From: a virus
Lineage: Duplodnaviria > Caudoviricetes
IMG/VR virus record: IMGVR_UViG_3300025732_000037
Location: 1,834 to 65,833 of that record
DNA length: 64,000 nt
Strand: one strand, 5' to 3'
Positions within the stretch are counted from its first letter, which is position 1. Every line of letters begins with the position of its first letter. Below the pieces are notes generated by a model. The model did no database searches, had not been told where the DNA came from, and saw only the letters and a list, made by a program, of their open reading frames with translations. The translations under genes and the position numbers were made by a program. Positions 21,201-31,000 of this stretch are shown one piece after another.

Positions 21201-23135
21201 TTCCCCATTACATATTCCAGAAACAGTAGTAATTCCAGATACTTCAAAATAAGTTCCTCCGGCACTAACTGAAGAAACTTTATTATAAACAGGATCACTA
21301 TTATTTAAAGAATATGAAACAATATCACCGACATTAAGTAAGTTATTGAAATTATATTGTAATCCTGCAGATACTGTGCTTATTCCAGAAGTTCCATTTG
21401 TTATTGTGAAAGTAGTTCCTGGATTTAAAATATATATTTTTTTATTTAAATATAAATCTGCGTTAAAGGTAGATACTCCAACTTTTCCATATACTGACTT
21501 AATATCTGAAGTATTATAGTCTTTTACATAATTTATGAATCTGGTGTTTTCAATCCCATTAATAGATAATGGTTCATTTTCAATAAATGTTCCGGAAACT
21601 TGATATAGATTTAAAATTCTCTGTCCTGATGAAACATTTTCAACCAAATATCCAGATGCTTTACTTCTCTTACCTTCAATGTAAGCAGGAACATTTAAAT
21701 TTTCAGTGAGTGAAGTAGTTAATCCTATTTGAGTAAATGTTTGAATGTCATAAAGCCTAAGTTCAAATAAACTAGTATCATCAATATAACTTGATTGTGG
21801 AATAAATTCATAGACTCTGGCATAACCAATTGTAGAACCAGAAGCCACATGATTAAGAGACCCAATTCTAGAATCCATAAGACTTACAATGGACTCTGTT
21901 CCAAAACCACTTACTACTGAACCATAAACTCTATTTACGCCAACTAATGACCCAGAATTATAAGTAATAGATTTTGAAGTTACTGATTCAGTTGTTCTTG
22001 CCTTTGGGACATCTAATAATGTCGCTGATATTGTTTCAACATCATATCCACTTACATAAGCTTTTCCTGGACCAATTTCATAAATCATTAAGTCTTCAGA
22101 TGGATTTTTTCCTTGAGGTGTTTTTTGACCTTCTAGAAACATTCCATCCGAAAGAGTTCTATCATTAAGAGAATCCCTTACAAATAATGAAAATGGTTTT
22201 ACAAAATAATTTCCAGATTCATCATAAGTTCTTCTTGCTAATTCATCTCTAATTAAATTATATTGTGCATTCTTATTAAAGAATGTTGGAATTCCTCTTT
22301 CAACTCTTAAAATTTCAACGAAGTTATCTGTTTCTAAATCATCAAGATTTTTTTTTGCTAACTCTAATGTTATTTTTAATCTATCTGCTCCAGGCGCAGC
22401 ATAATTTGAAAATCCTTGCGCATTGTCAAATAGTGAATCATCTTCATATGCAGTTACTATTTCTTCAATAATATTAAATCCAACCTTATATGATGGTGTT
22501 ATTGAATATTGATCTAATAATATAAATTGTGATGAAACTCTTGCAAATATTCCTCTTACAAAGTAAACACCACTTGCAACTGAAACTCCAGATCCTTCAG
22601 AAATGGCATTTGAAGTAATTGTATTACATACTCCTTGACCTGTTTGAATTGTAAAGTTTCCATAGGTCAAAGGAGATTCTAATAATAAATTTTCTCCATC
22701 TTGAAATACTTTATTTGTTAAGTCTTCTCCACCACTTTGAAGATATTTTAAATATAGTGTATAATTTCCTCTTTCCGACTCTGAATTTTTAAGAAGGTAA
22801 ACCACCTCTGCAGTAACACCACTCAATAATCCTCTAAGTTTTTTCCCCAATAATTGATCAAAATATAAAGATATGGGAATACCATTAAAGGTGGATTCAA
22901 TCTCTACAGCATACAGAGGATTCTCATATCTTAGTTGCCCAGGTATAACTACAGACCCTTCTTTAAAGATATGTTTTCCATATTGCTCTACTTGATTTTG
23001 GAGAATTGATTGTAAAGACGTTAATTCTCTTGCTTGAATTGGATAACCAGGTTTAAATAGGACCTTATAATAATCCTTGTTAGCGTCAAAATCATCAAAA
23101 TATGGAGAGACGTTGAGGTTAGTTTCCTGTGGCAT
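15282..23135 (-). CDS. Large virion structural protein (VrlC/DUF4815-like)
   Basis: 2617 aa; NLNVSPYFDDF, ARRTYDESG, DRFKCGFFVDNF and DPLAQSF motifs typical of this cyanomyovirus protein. Confidence 0.85.
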   Translation of the reverse strand: MPQETNLNVSPYFDDFDANKDYYKVLFKPGYPIQARELTSLQSILQNQVEQYGKHIFKEGSVVIPGQLRYENPLYAVEIESTFNGIPISLYFDQLLGKKLRGLLSGVTAEVVYLLKNSESERGNYTLYLKYLQSGGEDLTNKVFQDGENLLLESPLTYGNFTIQTGQGVCNTITSNAISEGSGVSVASGVYFVRGIFARVSSQFILLDQYSITPSYKVGFNIIEEIVTAYEDDSLFDNAQGFSNYAAPGADRLKITLELAKKNLDDLETDNFVEILRVERGIPTFFNKNAQYNLIRDELARRTYDESGNYFVKPFSLFVRDSLNDRTLSDGMFLEGQKTPQGKNPSEDLMIYEIGPGKAYVSGYDVETISATLLDVPKARTTESVTSKSITYNSGSLVGVNRVYGSVVSGFGTESIVSLMDSRIGSLNHVASGSTIGYARVYEFIPQSSYIDDTSLFELRLYDIQTFTQIGLTTSLTENLNVPAYIEGKRSKASGYLVENVSSGQRILNLYQVSGTFIENEPLSINGIENTRFINYVKDYNTSDIKSVYGKVGVSTFNADLYLNKKIYILNPGTTFTITNGTSGISTVSAGLQYNFNNLLNVGDIVSYSLNNSDPVYNKVSSVSAGGTYFEVSGITTVSGICNGELPSSNITVQNILKITSNVNSRDNSLLTRLGNKNISSINFSENEILQRRVFEEVVSLNTLVITIPTEDTDIFFESFDEDRYVISYADGSYEPLRRDQFLLGGTGKTVTFSGLSVSSGNAIVTATVKNISASSKNKKLNKTSSIIVSNSKLTLSGIGTTTLNDGLTYSNVYGTRVQDREISLNVPDVVRFLAIYESEDKNDPILPNLALTGFTGPSNNNSDYVIGEIITGKSSGAVGLIVNKKDSDKLEYVFLNTFNFSIGEVIVGKDSSVESTVSAKVTGSKNVSNNYYLDDGQRSTFYDYSRIIRKRNVEEPKGKLRVIFQNYTIDSSDTGEFITANSYSVENFKHNVPYYQNSRLTDCIDIRPRVAPYILSTRSPFEFNSRNFASDGQYSQYILASGENILLNYDYYVGRVDRVILKPDGLFEVISGQPKNVPLPAQIKDNTLDIATIYVPPYTFNTNNVAVDMSVHKRYRMSDISLLEDRIQRLEKYTTLTMLESKTENLTIKDAETGLDRFKCGFFVDNFSTQMYHDTSNPSYRSAIDTSKNALRPRHYTTSIDLELGSESISGVGQTFNPNVDKSYVADLGSPGVRKTGDLITLDYSETLYYEQPYATKTESVTPFLVRYWQGLITLNPPMDSWIEEDFRTVTNLVENTKTAAALPDENITLINNVVVDNRVNVDDINVMNGIENNTWIQNARNILSGVTSIGGVPVAVDSSGGQGRWSGGWRNNETGFIKGSSTLHLEVNFADVTAEDRDIISKLLPPDAATAFFNRIDAGGGLGFGVIEIDMASGGGGSIEVIENSNLVTESATQSIIIPPEIITQETISESISHYTEPVRYLRSRNIEFDIKGLRPRTRFYPFFEGIDVSNYITPKLLEIEMISGKFQIGEKVTSSPLFTSSSISFRLCKPNHKTGPFDGSNPPLISNPIPVIDFTTGQFLPVPPISQFKPDVFKLNPYTQQAIPDDYSEASIFLNVDTLSLQLPSETEYFGLAKPDMVLIGASSGAVARVTDVRLVSDSSGRLLGSIFIPNPKIIGNPKWTNGQNTFTVIDTPNLSDLNKVYNEFIANTRVTESSAEEEFTSSGIINVEELKITTTRNITIIPARTRNITTITNTTTLTNDVNVTPGLSDSTPTQWEVWDPLAQSFYVRDESGIFLTSCDIFFETKDDNLPVTLQIRPMVAGVPSNMIVPFSSVTLEPDQINVSTDGSIATNIRFPSPVYLNGPKEIPTRSSPVGTQQASEYAIVLLSASPNYRVFCSELGQNDIQTGVKVSQQYTLGSLFKSQNGTTWSPAQLEDLKYRIYRANFVNEGLVRFFNPNLSLSNQKITVTGTNQLVPLSKKIVVGLGSTGFDLANVVPGVTILQGSSTAILNGIAGSITVGTGCTVINVGTGYSDGIYSNVSLESETGFGRGATATITVSSNKISTISIANGGNGYQVGDILVIPESESQLNVGFGAKFSVSTISSNNTFVLDQVQGQFNTGSTALSYKNSSGATTLVGAGVTISSIFLDQYNTGIHMKIYHANHGMHSSENYVRISKLRPTSNEPSSDSTTDFNQSSSSITLESSSGFETFEGYAVSPSNPGYAIIGYEVFEYTSVSGNTLNISERGVDGTIVSQLVYPVGSIVEKYEFNGISLRRLNKVHNLTLVDKDIHPVDLNSYYIKLEMGSTDFEGNSIGIDRSSDRYFLKTIQTGKAGTNITNNIQFEVVTPNIANIIPAGTSMSSKIRTFTGTSVGGNENSFVDNGYEDIQINEINYLSTPRVICSKENELRHITNSPGSKSLTMEFLMRSNDPRVSPVIDTIKTSLILTSNLVNNPNGIGESATYADDDKVRSLYEDTHSSIYISKPVKLKIPANSLKVLLSASRNTQNDIRVFYRLFRTDSPEISQNYELFPGYLNYQIDGQGIRRVIDKSRNDGTSDRNVIQNSDRSFKDYEYTADDLPEFDAFSIKIVMSSENQATPPMVKELRAIATIRPTN

Positions 23136-23141
23136 AATTCT

Positions 23142-24692
23142 TTAGAATTGTAAAATAACTTTAATATCTTCTTTTTGGTTTTGAGACCTAGTTATAGAAG
23201 GTCTATTATCAACATAAATGATGTTACCAGAGTATTTTTTAACCTCCGGATTTGCTACTCCATTAATAAATGATTGTCCTAAACTGTAGGTTCTATTATT
23301 TATTGTGGTAGAGATGCCCGTAAATGTAGTATCGATATACAAAGATGTTCCATTTATTAAGGTAGTGCCACCAGTACCAACAGAACTTGTAAATCTATTT
23401 AAATTGAGACCATAAATTGGTGAAGTATTTTGTGATCCATCGGTGTTAAAACCTGCAAGAGTTTTATCTTGCCAATACTTCAAAACACCTACATTCTTAT
23501 CATAAGAAATTACTCTACCTATAGCCGTAGTTCCTGTACTTATAGTTTGAGTAAATTTTGAATTTGGTGCAAAAGTTGCAGTACTATATCCAGTTCCAAC
23601 AAGTTTTAAAGCATATACTGAACTTGCTTTTTCTATAGATAATAAAGAAGATGAATCGTATGCTTGCGGATTTTCAACTATTCCAATCCTGGCAATTTTA
23701 TTGCCTGTGATAAAATCTGGATTCTCTAAATCATTCTCAATTCTAGAAAATACCAATACATTAGATGCACCCAATTCTCGATAAATATCGTATCCATGAC
23801 CACCCTTTGGTGGAATAATAACATCAAATGTTGGCGTTACTGTTCCTGTTGGTACATTGCCATTTATTAGATCAACAGTACCGTATGTGTAACCAGACCC
23901 ACCGGAAGAAATAGTAATTGATTCAACCTTAGATTCATTGTTAATTACAATAGTTGCTTTAGCGCCACTTCCATCTCCTTTAATAGGAACATCGGTATAA
24001 ATTTTATTCGCAGTACCAACACCAACTCCGCGATTTGTAATCATAATTATTTTTAATTGATTATTTGGAGATGATGCATTATTTCTTATTGGTGCATGAA
24101 CAGAACTTGTCTCCCAATCTTTAGGAACGGGTACAAAATTAACAGTATCAAATTTTATAATTTCACTTGGTTTGATTGTGTAAAGATATTTCCAAATATA
24201 ACCATCGCCGCTATCTCCTGCGGACTTAGGTTCTAAATCAGTAAATGTTGGTTCATCTAAAGAAGGTCTTCCAGAAGGATTTTCTGGATCAGTTCCATTA
24301 TGTAAGCAAATATAAACTCTAAAATCACTATTAATCGCAAAGTAATTTGATGAATATAAACTAGTTGCTCCAGTTACATTTGCAGTATTGTTTCTACTTA
24401 TATCATGACGATACATATCATAAGTAGTGCCGGAAGACCAAGTAATTTTTTTCACAACCTGATTTACGTCACTTGCTTTAATTTTTTTTAAAGCAATCAT
24501 AGTATCCCAATAATCATTTTCCTGCTCAAAACTATCTCTAGGAGAAGGTGGATTGTCTTCCCAATTTGAATAATAATCTGTAGCGTTTGGAAGTCCTACA
24601 AAAGAATAATAAGAATTACTAGAAGAAGTTGCTGCAGCAACAAAATTCTTAGCATTCAATATTCTTAATTGATCAGTTATAATTGCTGCCAT
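23142..24692 (-). CDS. g8: Baseplate wedge subunit gp8
   Basis: MAAIITDQLRI, DGYIWKYLYTI and QKEDIKVILQF motifs. Confidence 0.9.
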   Translation of the reverse strand: MAAIITDQLRILNAKNFVAAATSSSNSYYSFVGLPNATDYYSNWEDNPPSPRDSFEQENDYWDTMIALKKIKASDVNQVVKKITWSSGTTYDMYRHDISRNNTANVTGATSLYSSNYFAINSDFRVYICLHNGTDPENPSGRPSLDEPTFTDLEPKSAGDSGDGYIWKYLYTIKPSEIIKFDTVNFVPVPKDWETSSVHAPIRNNASSPNNQLKIIMITNRGVGVGTANKIYTDVPIKGDGSGAKATIVINNESKVESITISSGGSGYTYGTVDLINGNVPTGTVTPTFDVIIPPKGGHGYDIYRELGASNVLVFSRIENDLENPDFITGNKIARIGIVENPQAYDSSSLLSIEKASSVYALKLVGTGYSTATFAPNSKFTQTISTGTTAIGRVISYDKNVGVLKYWQDKTLAGFNTDGSQNTSPIYGLNLNRFTSSVGTGGTTLINGTSLYIDTTFTGISTTINNRTYSLGQSFINGVANPEVKKYSGNIIYVDNRPSITRSQNQKEDIKVILQF

Positions 24693-24713
24693 TTTACAGA
24701 GTTTTTTATCTAT

Positions 24714-27700
24714 TTATGAGGTAGAATAACCAACATATTTTAGTTTATTGAATCTTTGTACAACTGATGAAGTAGAAATTCCACCAGTTATCGCATAAGA
24801 ATTAAATTCATTTGGTATTTTCCTGAATGGTGTTGTAATTTTACCCCAACTATATTCTCCATAGAAATTACTAAATCCTAAACCACTTATTCCATTGTAG
24901 TTATCCAAACTAACCACTACTTGAGAGACATAAGTAATTCCAACTCCAGAAACAGCAGTTTGTGCAATAGAAACCGAAGCGACTTGATATATATTGTCAA
25001 TAAAACTTGTACCAATTCCAACTATTGATCCAGATGTGTTTAGTGATGTTAATCCGTTACCAACATTTGACTTAGAAACTGAGAAATAGTACCCAGTTTT
25101 AATACCACTGATGCCTGTAGTGGCACTGCCCACACTCAAAATACTACTATCTCTCAATATCGAATCTGTTGGTATATAAAAATCAAATACAAGTCCAGTA
25201 GAAGCGACTCCAACTGTTGTTGTTTTAATTCCAGATATAATACCAAAATCTCCCTCATAAGATATTTTATCAATAATTTCATATGTAATATTTGGATATT
25301 CGAATAAAACAAGAGGAGGTTCGGTAGAAGTGTATCCAAATCCAGCACTACTTATTGCAACGGAGGAAACGGATCCATTACTAATAGAACAAGTTGCAAC
25401 TGCACGACCTGTTGTTCCTATTCCTATTGGATAAGCAATTGATATTGCTGGAGCAGCAGTGTATCCAAATCCAGAGTTTGTTATATTAATAGAAGATATT
25501 GTTCCTGAAGTTGAAACTTCAGCAGTACCTTCCGCAGCAACTAAAGTATCTTGAGAAACGATTATAATTTTATTTTGTGGTTTTTCTGCTATTCCATTAT
25601 GAATGTATTCTCTTTCACTATCAAAAAATGCTTTAACACTTTCAACAAAAACTTCAGTTGACGCAATACTAACATTTTGTATTATATTTGAAACTGGTTG
25701 AATGTATGGTTCATAAATTATTCTATCTTTTCCTACATAAAAACCATTTACAACCAAATCTTCAGTTTGTCTACACCAAGTTACTGGTCTCAAAAGATCT
25801 TCATCTGCAGTAACTCCAGGGCCAGGATATAGATTTGTTTCTACAATATCAGATGAAATAATATCAGTAACCAATCTCTTATTTTCGGTCAGATTTATAT
25901 CATCACTTGTTAATCTAAGAGTATCTCCAATTTTAACAGTTTCTAAAATATCTACATCCAGAGTATCAACATCAGAAGTTCCTCTATAGAAAAGAATTCT
26001 ACACCTATCACCTTCTTTGGGTGCTTCTGAAAATTTAATTCTACTACCTCCCGTGAAAGTATATCCTTTTCCAGGAACCTGAAGTACATCATTTACAAAT
26101 ACCAATAATGCAGATTGAACGTCAATATTTGATCCTGGTCTTGCTCTTATAGTAGTCTGATTTCCTCCAATAAGAATTGGGAATGTTCTTCTAATTCCAT
26201 TAAATAAACTTTCTGGAGAATCTATAATTTGGAGATCACCAACTGTCCAAGCAGAAAATTCATCATTATGAATATTATCAATCGTTAGTTGGAACTCATT
26301 AAATGATAATGAAGTATTAGTTGGAATTCCAATAGTACCTCCAACGGAAACTGTTAATTTTTCTCCCAATTCATATCCATATCCAAGATTTTTTAATTCA
26401 AAAGATATTACACTAGATCCTTGTCCAACGATTATATTTACTTCTGCACCAGTACCAACCCCAGATGCAGACACTGAACTATAAATTAGTGGAATATTTG
26501 AGTATGATAGTGGAGAATCAAAGACAACAATTGGTGGATTTGTAGAAGTATAACCACTTCCTGGATTTGTAATAGAAACTGCAGTAACATATCCATTTGA
26601 AACTGATGCTACGCCAACTAATTCAATCGGAGAATTTTGCAAGTCTTCTGTTTTGATTCCCACATTTATTGTGGTCTGTATTCCTGAACGATATCCGGAA
26701 CCACTATTACCAATACTAATAGATTGAATAGTTCCTGCAATAGAAATTATTGCTGTTCCTCCAGCAGAAACCAGAGGTTGATATCCAAATCCTTGAGTAG
26801 ATGCAACGGATAATATAACACCACCTCTAGGAACACTAGATGTGTTTACATCATAATCAGATGAAGAAGAATTTCCGGTGAAAGTTACCGTAGTAATTCC
26901 TAATTTTTCTTCCAATTTATAATCATCAATAATATTGGAGAAATTAGGACCCTGGAATATATCATTAACCAAAAGAATTGCATTAGATGTCGATATTCCA
27001 GTGACATTAGAACCATTTACTTTTAATGAGAATGTTTTATCAATTCCATTAAAGTTATGAGAAATATCATCAAAAATATAATTTGATGAGTATGCCTCAC
27101 GGTTTCCATCTTCTAGACCAGATCTTAAGAAAACTCTTCCGGAAAATGAAGAACCTGTTACTATACCAACATAGTCTAGTTCATCCCATCTATTTGTTGG
27201 ATTTAAAATTGGAACCTTTCCGTAAGGAGCTTCAGCAAAGTAAATCGTATTATTAATTATATTATAATTTCCAATAATTTTTATAACTAAATCAGAAGAA
27301 GAATGTGTACTTAATCCCGTCCCAAACCATCCTCTTAATACTTGAATAGCATTAGTGCTTCCAACACCAACAGAGGTAACTTTAAAAATTTCTTCGTTAA
27401 TTTTTAAAAAGTTTCCGGAGGATATTGATGTTATTCCAGAAACATACACTTCACTATCAAAAAAAGTTATGTCTTTTGATAATATGGAAGTTACCGCAGT
27501 AGACGTGATTGGCGATTGAATCATATTATCAATACTTATTATCACCTTTTTATTTTGATTTTTACACTTAAACCTATGAGAAGTTCCAATTCCAACAGAA
27601 GTTATATCTAAAAAGTTTGGTATGGTCCTTAATGCTTCCGAAGCTGAAGCAGCAACTCTTATATCAATTTCACTGACTTTTATTACATATAGTTTTGTTG

Positions 27701-28004
27701 GTAGTTTATCAGTAAGTCCAATTCCAGGAATAGAAGTATTTGCTATTCCTATAGACTGAGTTGTTCCTATACCTTGTGAATAATATTCAATTTCTTCTCC
27801 TGTGGAGAAGAAATGATTTGGAATTCTTATTGTATCAGATTCTGTTTTTACTATTGCTGGATTACTTGCATCGAAATATCTTTCAAATATTGGAAGGTTA
27901 CTATGTTTTAGTACAAATTCTTTTTTGATATCATTATTTGTTCCAGTATAACTTCCATAACTGTAACCAATAGATCCGTTTATCAATGAAAGTTCTGAAC
28001 TCAT
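24714..28004 (-). CDS. Baseplate wedge initiator gp7-like, C-terminal portion
   Basis: 1096 aa in frame with the upstream giant ORF; GGAGGA 5 nt before the ATG; C-terminal GEYSWGKI. Confidence 0.75.
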   Translation of the reverse strand: MSSELSLINGSIGYSYGSYTGTNNDIKKEFVLKHSNLPIFERYFDASNPAIVKTESDTIRIPNHFFSTGEEIEYYSQGIGTTQSIGIANTSIPGIGLTDKLPTKLYVIKVSEIDIRVAASASEALRTIPNFLDITSVGIGTSHRFKCKNQNKKVIISIDNMIQSPITSTAVTSILSKDITFFDSEVYVSGITSISSGNFLKINEEIFKVTSVGVGSTNAIQVLRGWFGTGLSTHSSSDLVIKIIGNYNIINNTIYFAEAPYGKVPILNPTNRWDELDYVGIVTGSSFSGRVFLRSGLEDGNREAYSSNYIFDDISHNFNGIDKTFSLKVNGSNVTGISTSNAILLVNDIFQGPNFSNIIDDYKLEEKLGITTVTFTGNSSSSDYDVNTSSVPRGGVILSVASTQGFGYQPLVSAGGTAIISIAGTIQSISIGNSGSGYRSGIQTTINVGIKTEDLQNSPIELVGVASVSNGYVTAVSITNPGSGYTSTNPPIVVFDSPLSYSNIPLIYSSVSASGVGTGAEVNIIVGQGSSVISFELKNLGYGYELGEKLTVSVGGTIGIPTNTSLSFNEFQLTIDNIHNDEFSAWTVGDLQIIDSPESLFNGIRRTFPILIGGNQTTIRARPGSNIDVQSALLVFVNDVLQVPGKGYTFTGGSRIKFSEAPKEGDRCRILFYRGTSDVDTLDVDILETVKIGDTLRLTSDDINLTENKRLVTDIISSDIVETNLYPGPGVTADEDLLRPVTWCRQTEDLVVNGFYVGKDRIIYEPYIQPVSNIIQNVSIASTEVFVESVKAFFDSEREYIHNGIAEKPQNKIIIVSQDTLVAAEGTAEVSTSGTISSINITNSGFGYTAAPAISIAYPIGIGTTGRAVATCSISNGSVSSVAISSAGFGYTSTEPPLVLFEYPNITYEIIDKISYEGDFGIISGIKTTTVGVASTGLVFDFYIPTDSILRDSSILSVGSATTGISGIKTGYYFSVSKSNVGNGLTSLNTSGSIVGIGTSFIDNIYQVASVSIAQTAVSGVGITYVSQVVVSLDNYNGISGLGFSNFYGEYSWGKITTPFRKIPNEFNSYAITGGISTSSVVQRFNKLKYVGYSTS

Positions 28005-28031
28005 GAAATCCTCCGTTACTTTATCTTTAGG

Positions 28032-31000
28032 TTATACGAGTAATCCAACATTTGTTTGGAACACTTTGATATCAACTTCAATATTTTCGTTGGGCGTAAA
28101 GTATATATTAGTAATATCACCAGATAACCCAGCACTTATAGAACCTAAAGGAGAATCTGAATATAAAGAACCAAATTCAGTTATATAACATTCATTTGTA
28201 TTTGTGTTGGATATAACCAAAAATTCAGAAACTTGATAATTTAAGGATGTTAAATCTTCAATAGAAATTATTGAATATGATATATTATATACATTATTTA
28301 AATATGATGTAATAGTTGTAATAGATGGAGAAGAAGAAGATGCAATACCCACAGAATAAGAATTTATAGAACTTCCTTCTAAAGTTTGACTTCCAGTTGA
28401 AGAAAATCCAGAAGTTGATATTGATACAATTAAAGTGTTAATAACATAATCAACCTCAGTTTCTGCATCTGGAATCAAGTCAATGATTACATTTCCGCCA
28501 GAAATATATGCATTGTAAGTTCCAATACCACTAGTAGATCTTGAATTAAAACTATTAGTAGTTATTTGGCCATAATCCATTAAGTATACATTCGTATTGT
28601 CATGAATATATGTAACTTCATCATATTCATAATATGATGAGTCTGTAGCACCTATTTGAACTAAAACCTTTGAAGACCTAACCGTAGTTGCAATACCAAC
28701 AATTGAATTTCCAATTCCTGCACTAGATCCTTGAGGAATAGTTACCGTATTTGTAAATAATGAAGAGACATCACCTAAAGAAATTGTTCCAATTCCAGTA
28801 CTTATATCTCTTAAAGAAAAATTAAATAGTTGTAAATTATAATTATTCAATTTTGATTTATTTGGATAAAATAATAAATTTCCGGTGTTTCCTGTAATAG
28901 AAAAATCAAAGGATCCAAGATCAACAAAACTATAAAGACCATATTGGTTTATGAAACCAGTTTCATTATTATGAATTAAAGAAACCATTGATAGTTGATT
29001 TTCTCCAACAAACTTTTTATCTTGAATTGATATGACGTATTTTCTAGATCTAAAATCTTCAAGTAAGAAAGAATCCACTACACTAAATTCTGTAGCTCTT
29101 GGATTACTATTGAACTGTTCGGACAAATCATCAATAACCAAAACTCTATTACTAATAGATTCAATATAATCTTGAATAAGTCTAGAATTAAAAATAATTT
29201 CGCTTGAGTATAAAGAATTATCGAGTATCAAATTATTTTCTGATGCTAAATCAAAATCAGTAACACAATTTAAATTAATCGCATTTGAAAAATCTGCAAT
29301 ACTAGTAGAGTCACCAGAATTTTGATCTGTAGAAGCAATTCCAACACTTCCTGTAGAAGATTCTATAATCAAATTACCAAATTTTTTAAATCCTGCAGTA
29401 TGATTTAAAGTACTGACTGGATTATCCCAAATACTTAAATCAACTTGAGATTTAATATCATATGAAAAATATTGATAATAATCACTATCATGAATTCTTT
29501 GAAAATCATTATTTAAAAATCCAGTATCTCTATTCCAACCTTTTTTAACTTTAGATGAAGAATTGACAATATATGTTGTGTCGTTTATTTCCAGACTTTT
29601 AACTATTGCAGTAGATGCGGATGTTTTACCTCTAATTATATCTCCAGATTCAAAATCATCTGATGTTGATACTTTTAGATATTGATTGATAGAATCCCAT
29701 CTTTCAATTTCTCCCGAAGAATTATCTGAGTATACTACCTCACCTTCATAAAAATCATTTCTCTTCAAAACTGGGACAAATGTTGGGAATTGTGATTGTG
29801 GAATTATCCTTCCCGAAGAATAGAAACTTGAAAAATTACCGGGAACTTCATCTACATCTAAGTAGGGCGATAAGTTGTAAGCAACTGTTGCTCCTATTCC
29901 TCCAATGTTTGGATCAACAGAGTTTATTGTAAAGAGTGTATAATTATATTCTGATGAATTGTATCCGCGTACTGATTCTGTCGTAGACGTAGCAACATTT
30001 ATACCTTCAATTAATACCTTTTCGCCAACAAAAAATGGAAAATCTTCTGCATCACTAAAGTTTGCGTCCAAAGTTACAACTACATCTTTATTAGATGGAT
30101 TAAATATAATATTTTGTATTTTTATTCCATTTGAGTTGTTTATTGGTATTATAGTCGGTATTGAATTTGAAAGTTCTGTTGTGTTTCTTTCAATAGTAAC
30201 ATTAGTATCACCCGGAGAATAACTTAATACAACATCTTTCAAGACTTTATTTGTAAGTCCATCAATTACGATTAGATTGGGTGGAGTGTTATAATTTTTA
30301 CCAAAAGAACTTATTCCAATATAATCAAATGTTGACAAAGATTCAAGTTGCAAAATACTTGGGAATCTAGCTGTTGGTCTAACACTGTAATCGGAAGAAT
30401 AATCAAAGCCAATGTCTTGTAAAGTCACTGATGTAACTTTACCGATATTATTTGAATCGGGTATTAAATACGCATTTTCACCACTTTCTGATATTATGGA
30501 ACTAATCCCAGGTAAAGTTGAGTATCCATTTCCTTTATTTAAAATTGTTATTTCTTTAATTGGTCCAGTAGGATTATGACTATCAGTGTAGTATTCAATA
30601 CCATTATTATATGATACAACTTCTGGATTTTTTAAAATATTATATTTAAATGTAGATGGAGAAATTTCAGAAATTGTATAAGTACCATTATATTCACTTT
30701 CATTAATTGATATCTTATTATTTGATACAACCTCAGAATCTAAAATAATATCTTTTTTGATTTGTTGATTCAGATCAAGATTAATTGGAACTAAGTTGTA
30801 ATATAATTCAGAAGGAACTTTATCGTTTAACTTTAATGTCAATTTTGCAGTTGAATCTATACCAACTAATCCTGATTTTTGAAGTTCAAAAGTAATTGTT
30901 AGTTCGGTGGTGTCAAATTCTTCAGAAAGTGTAGAATCCTTAAATAGTTTTAATTCAAAAGCCGGATATGAAACTGAGTTTCTAACAAAGGATAAAGAAG

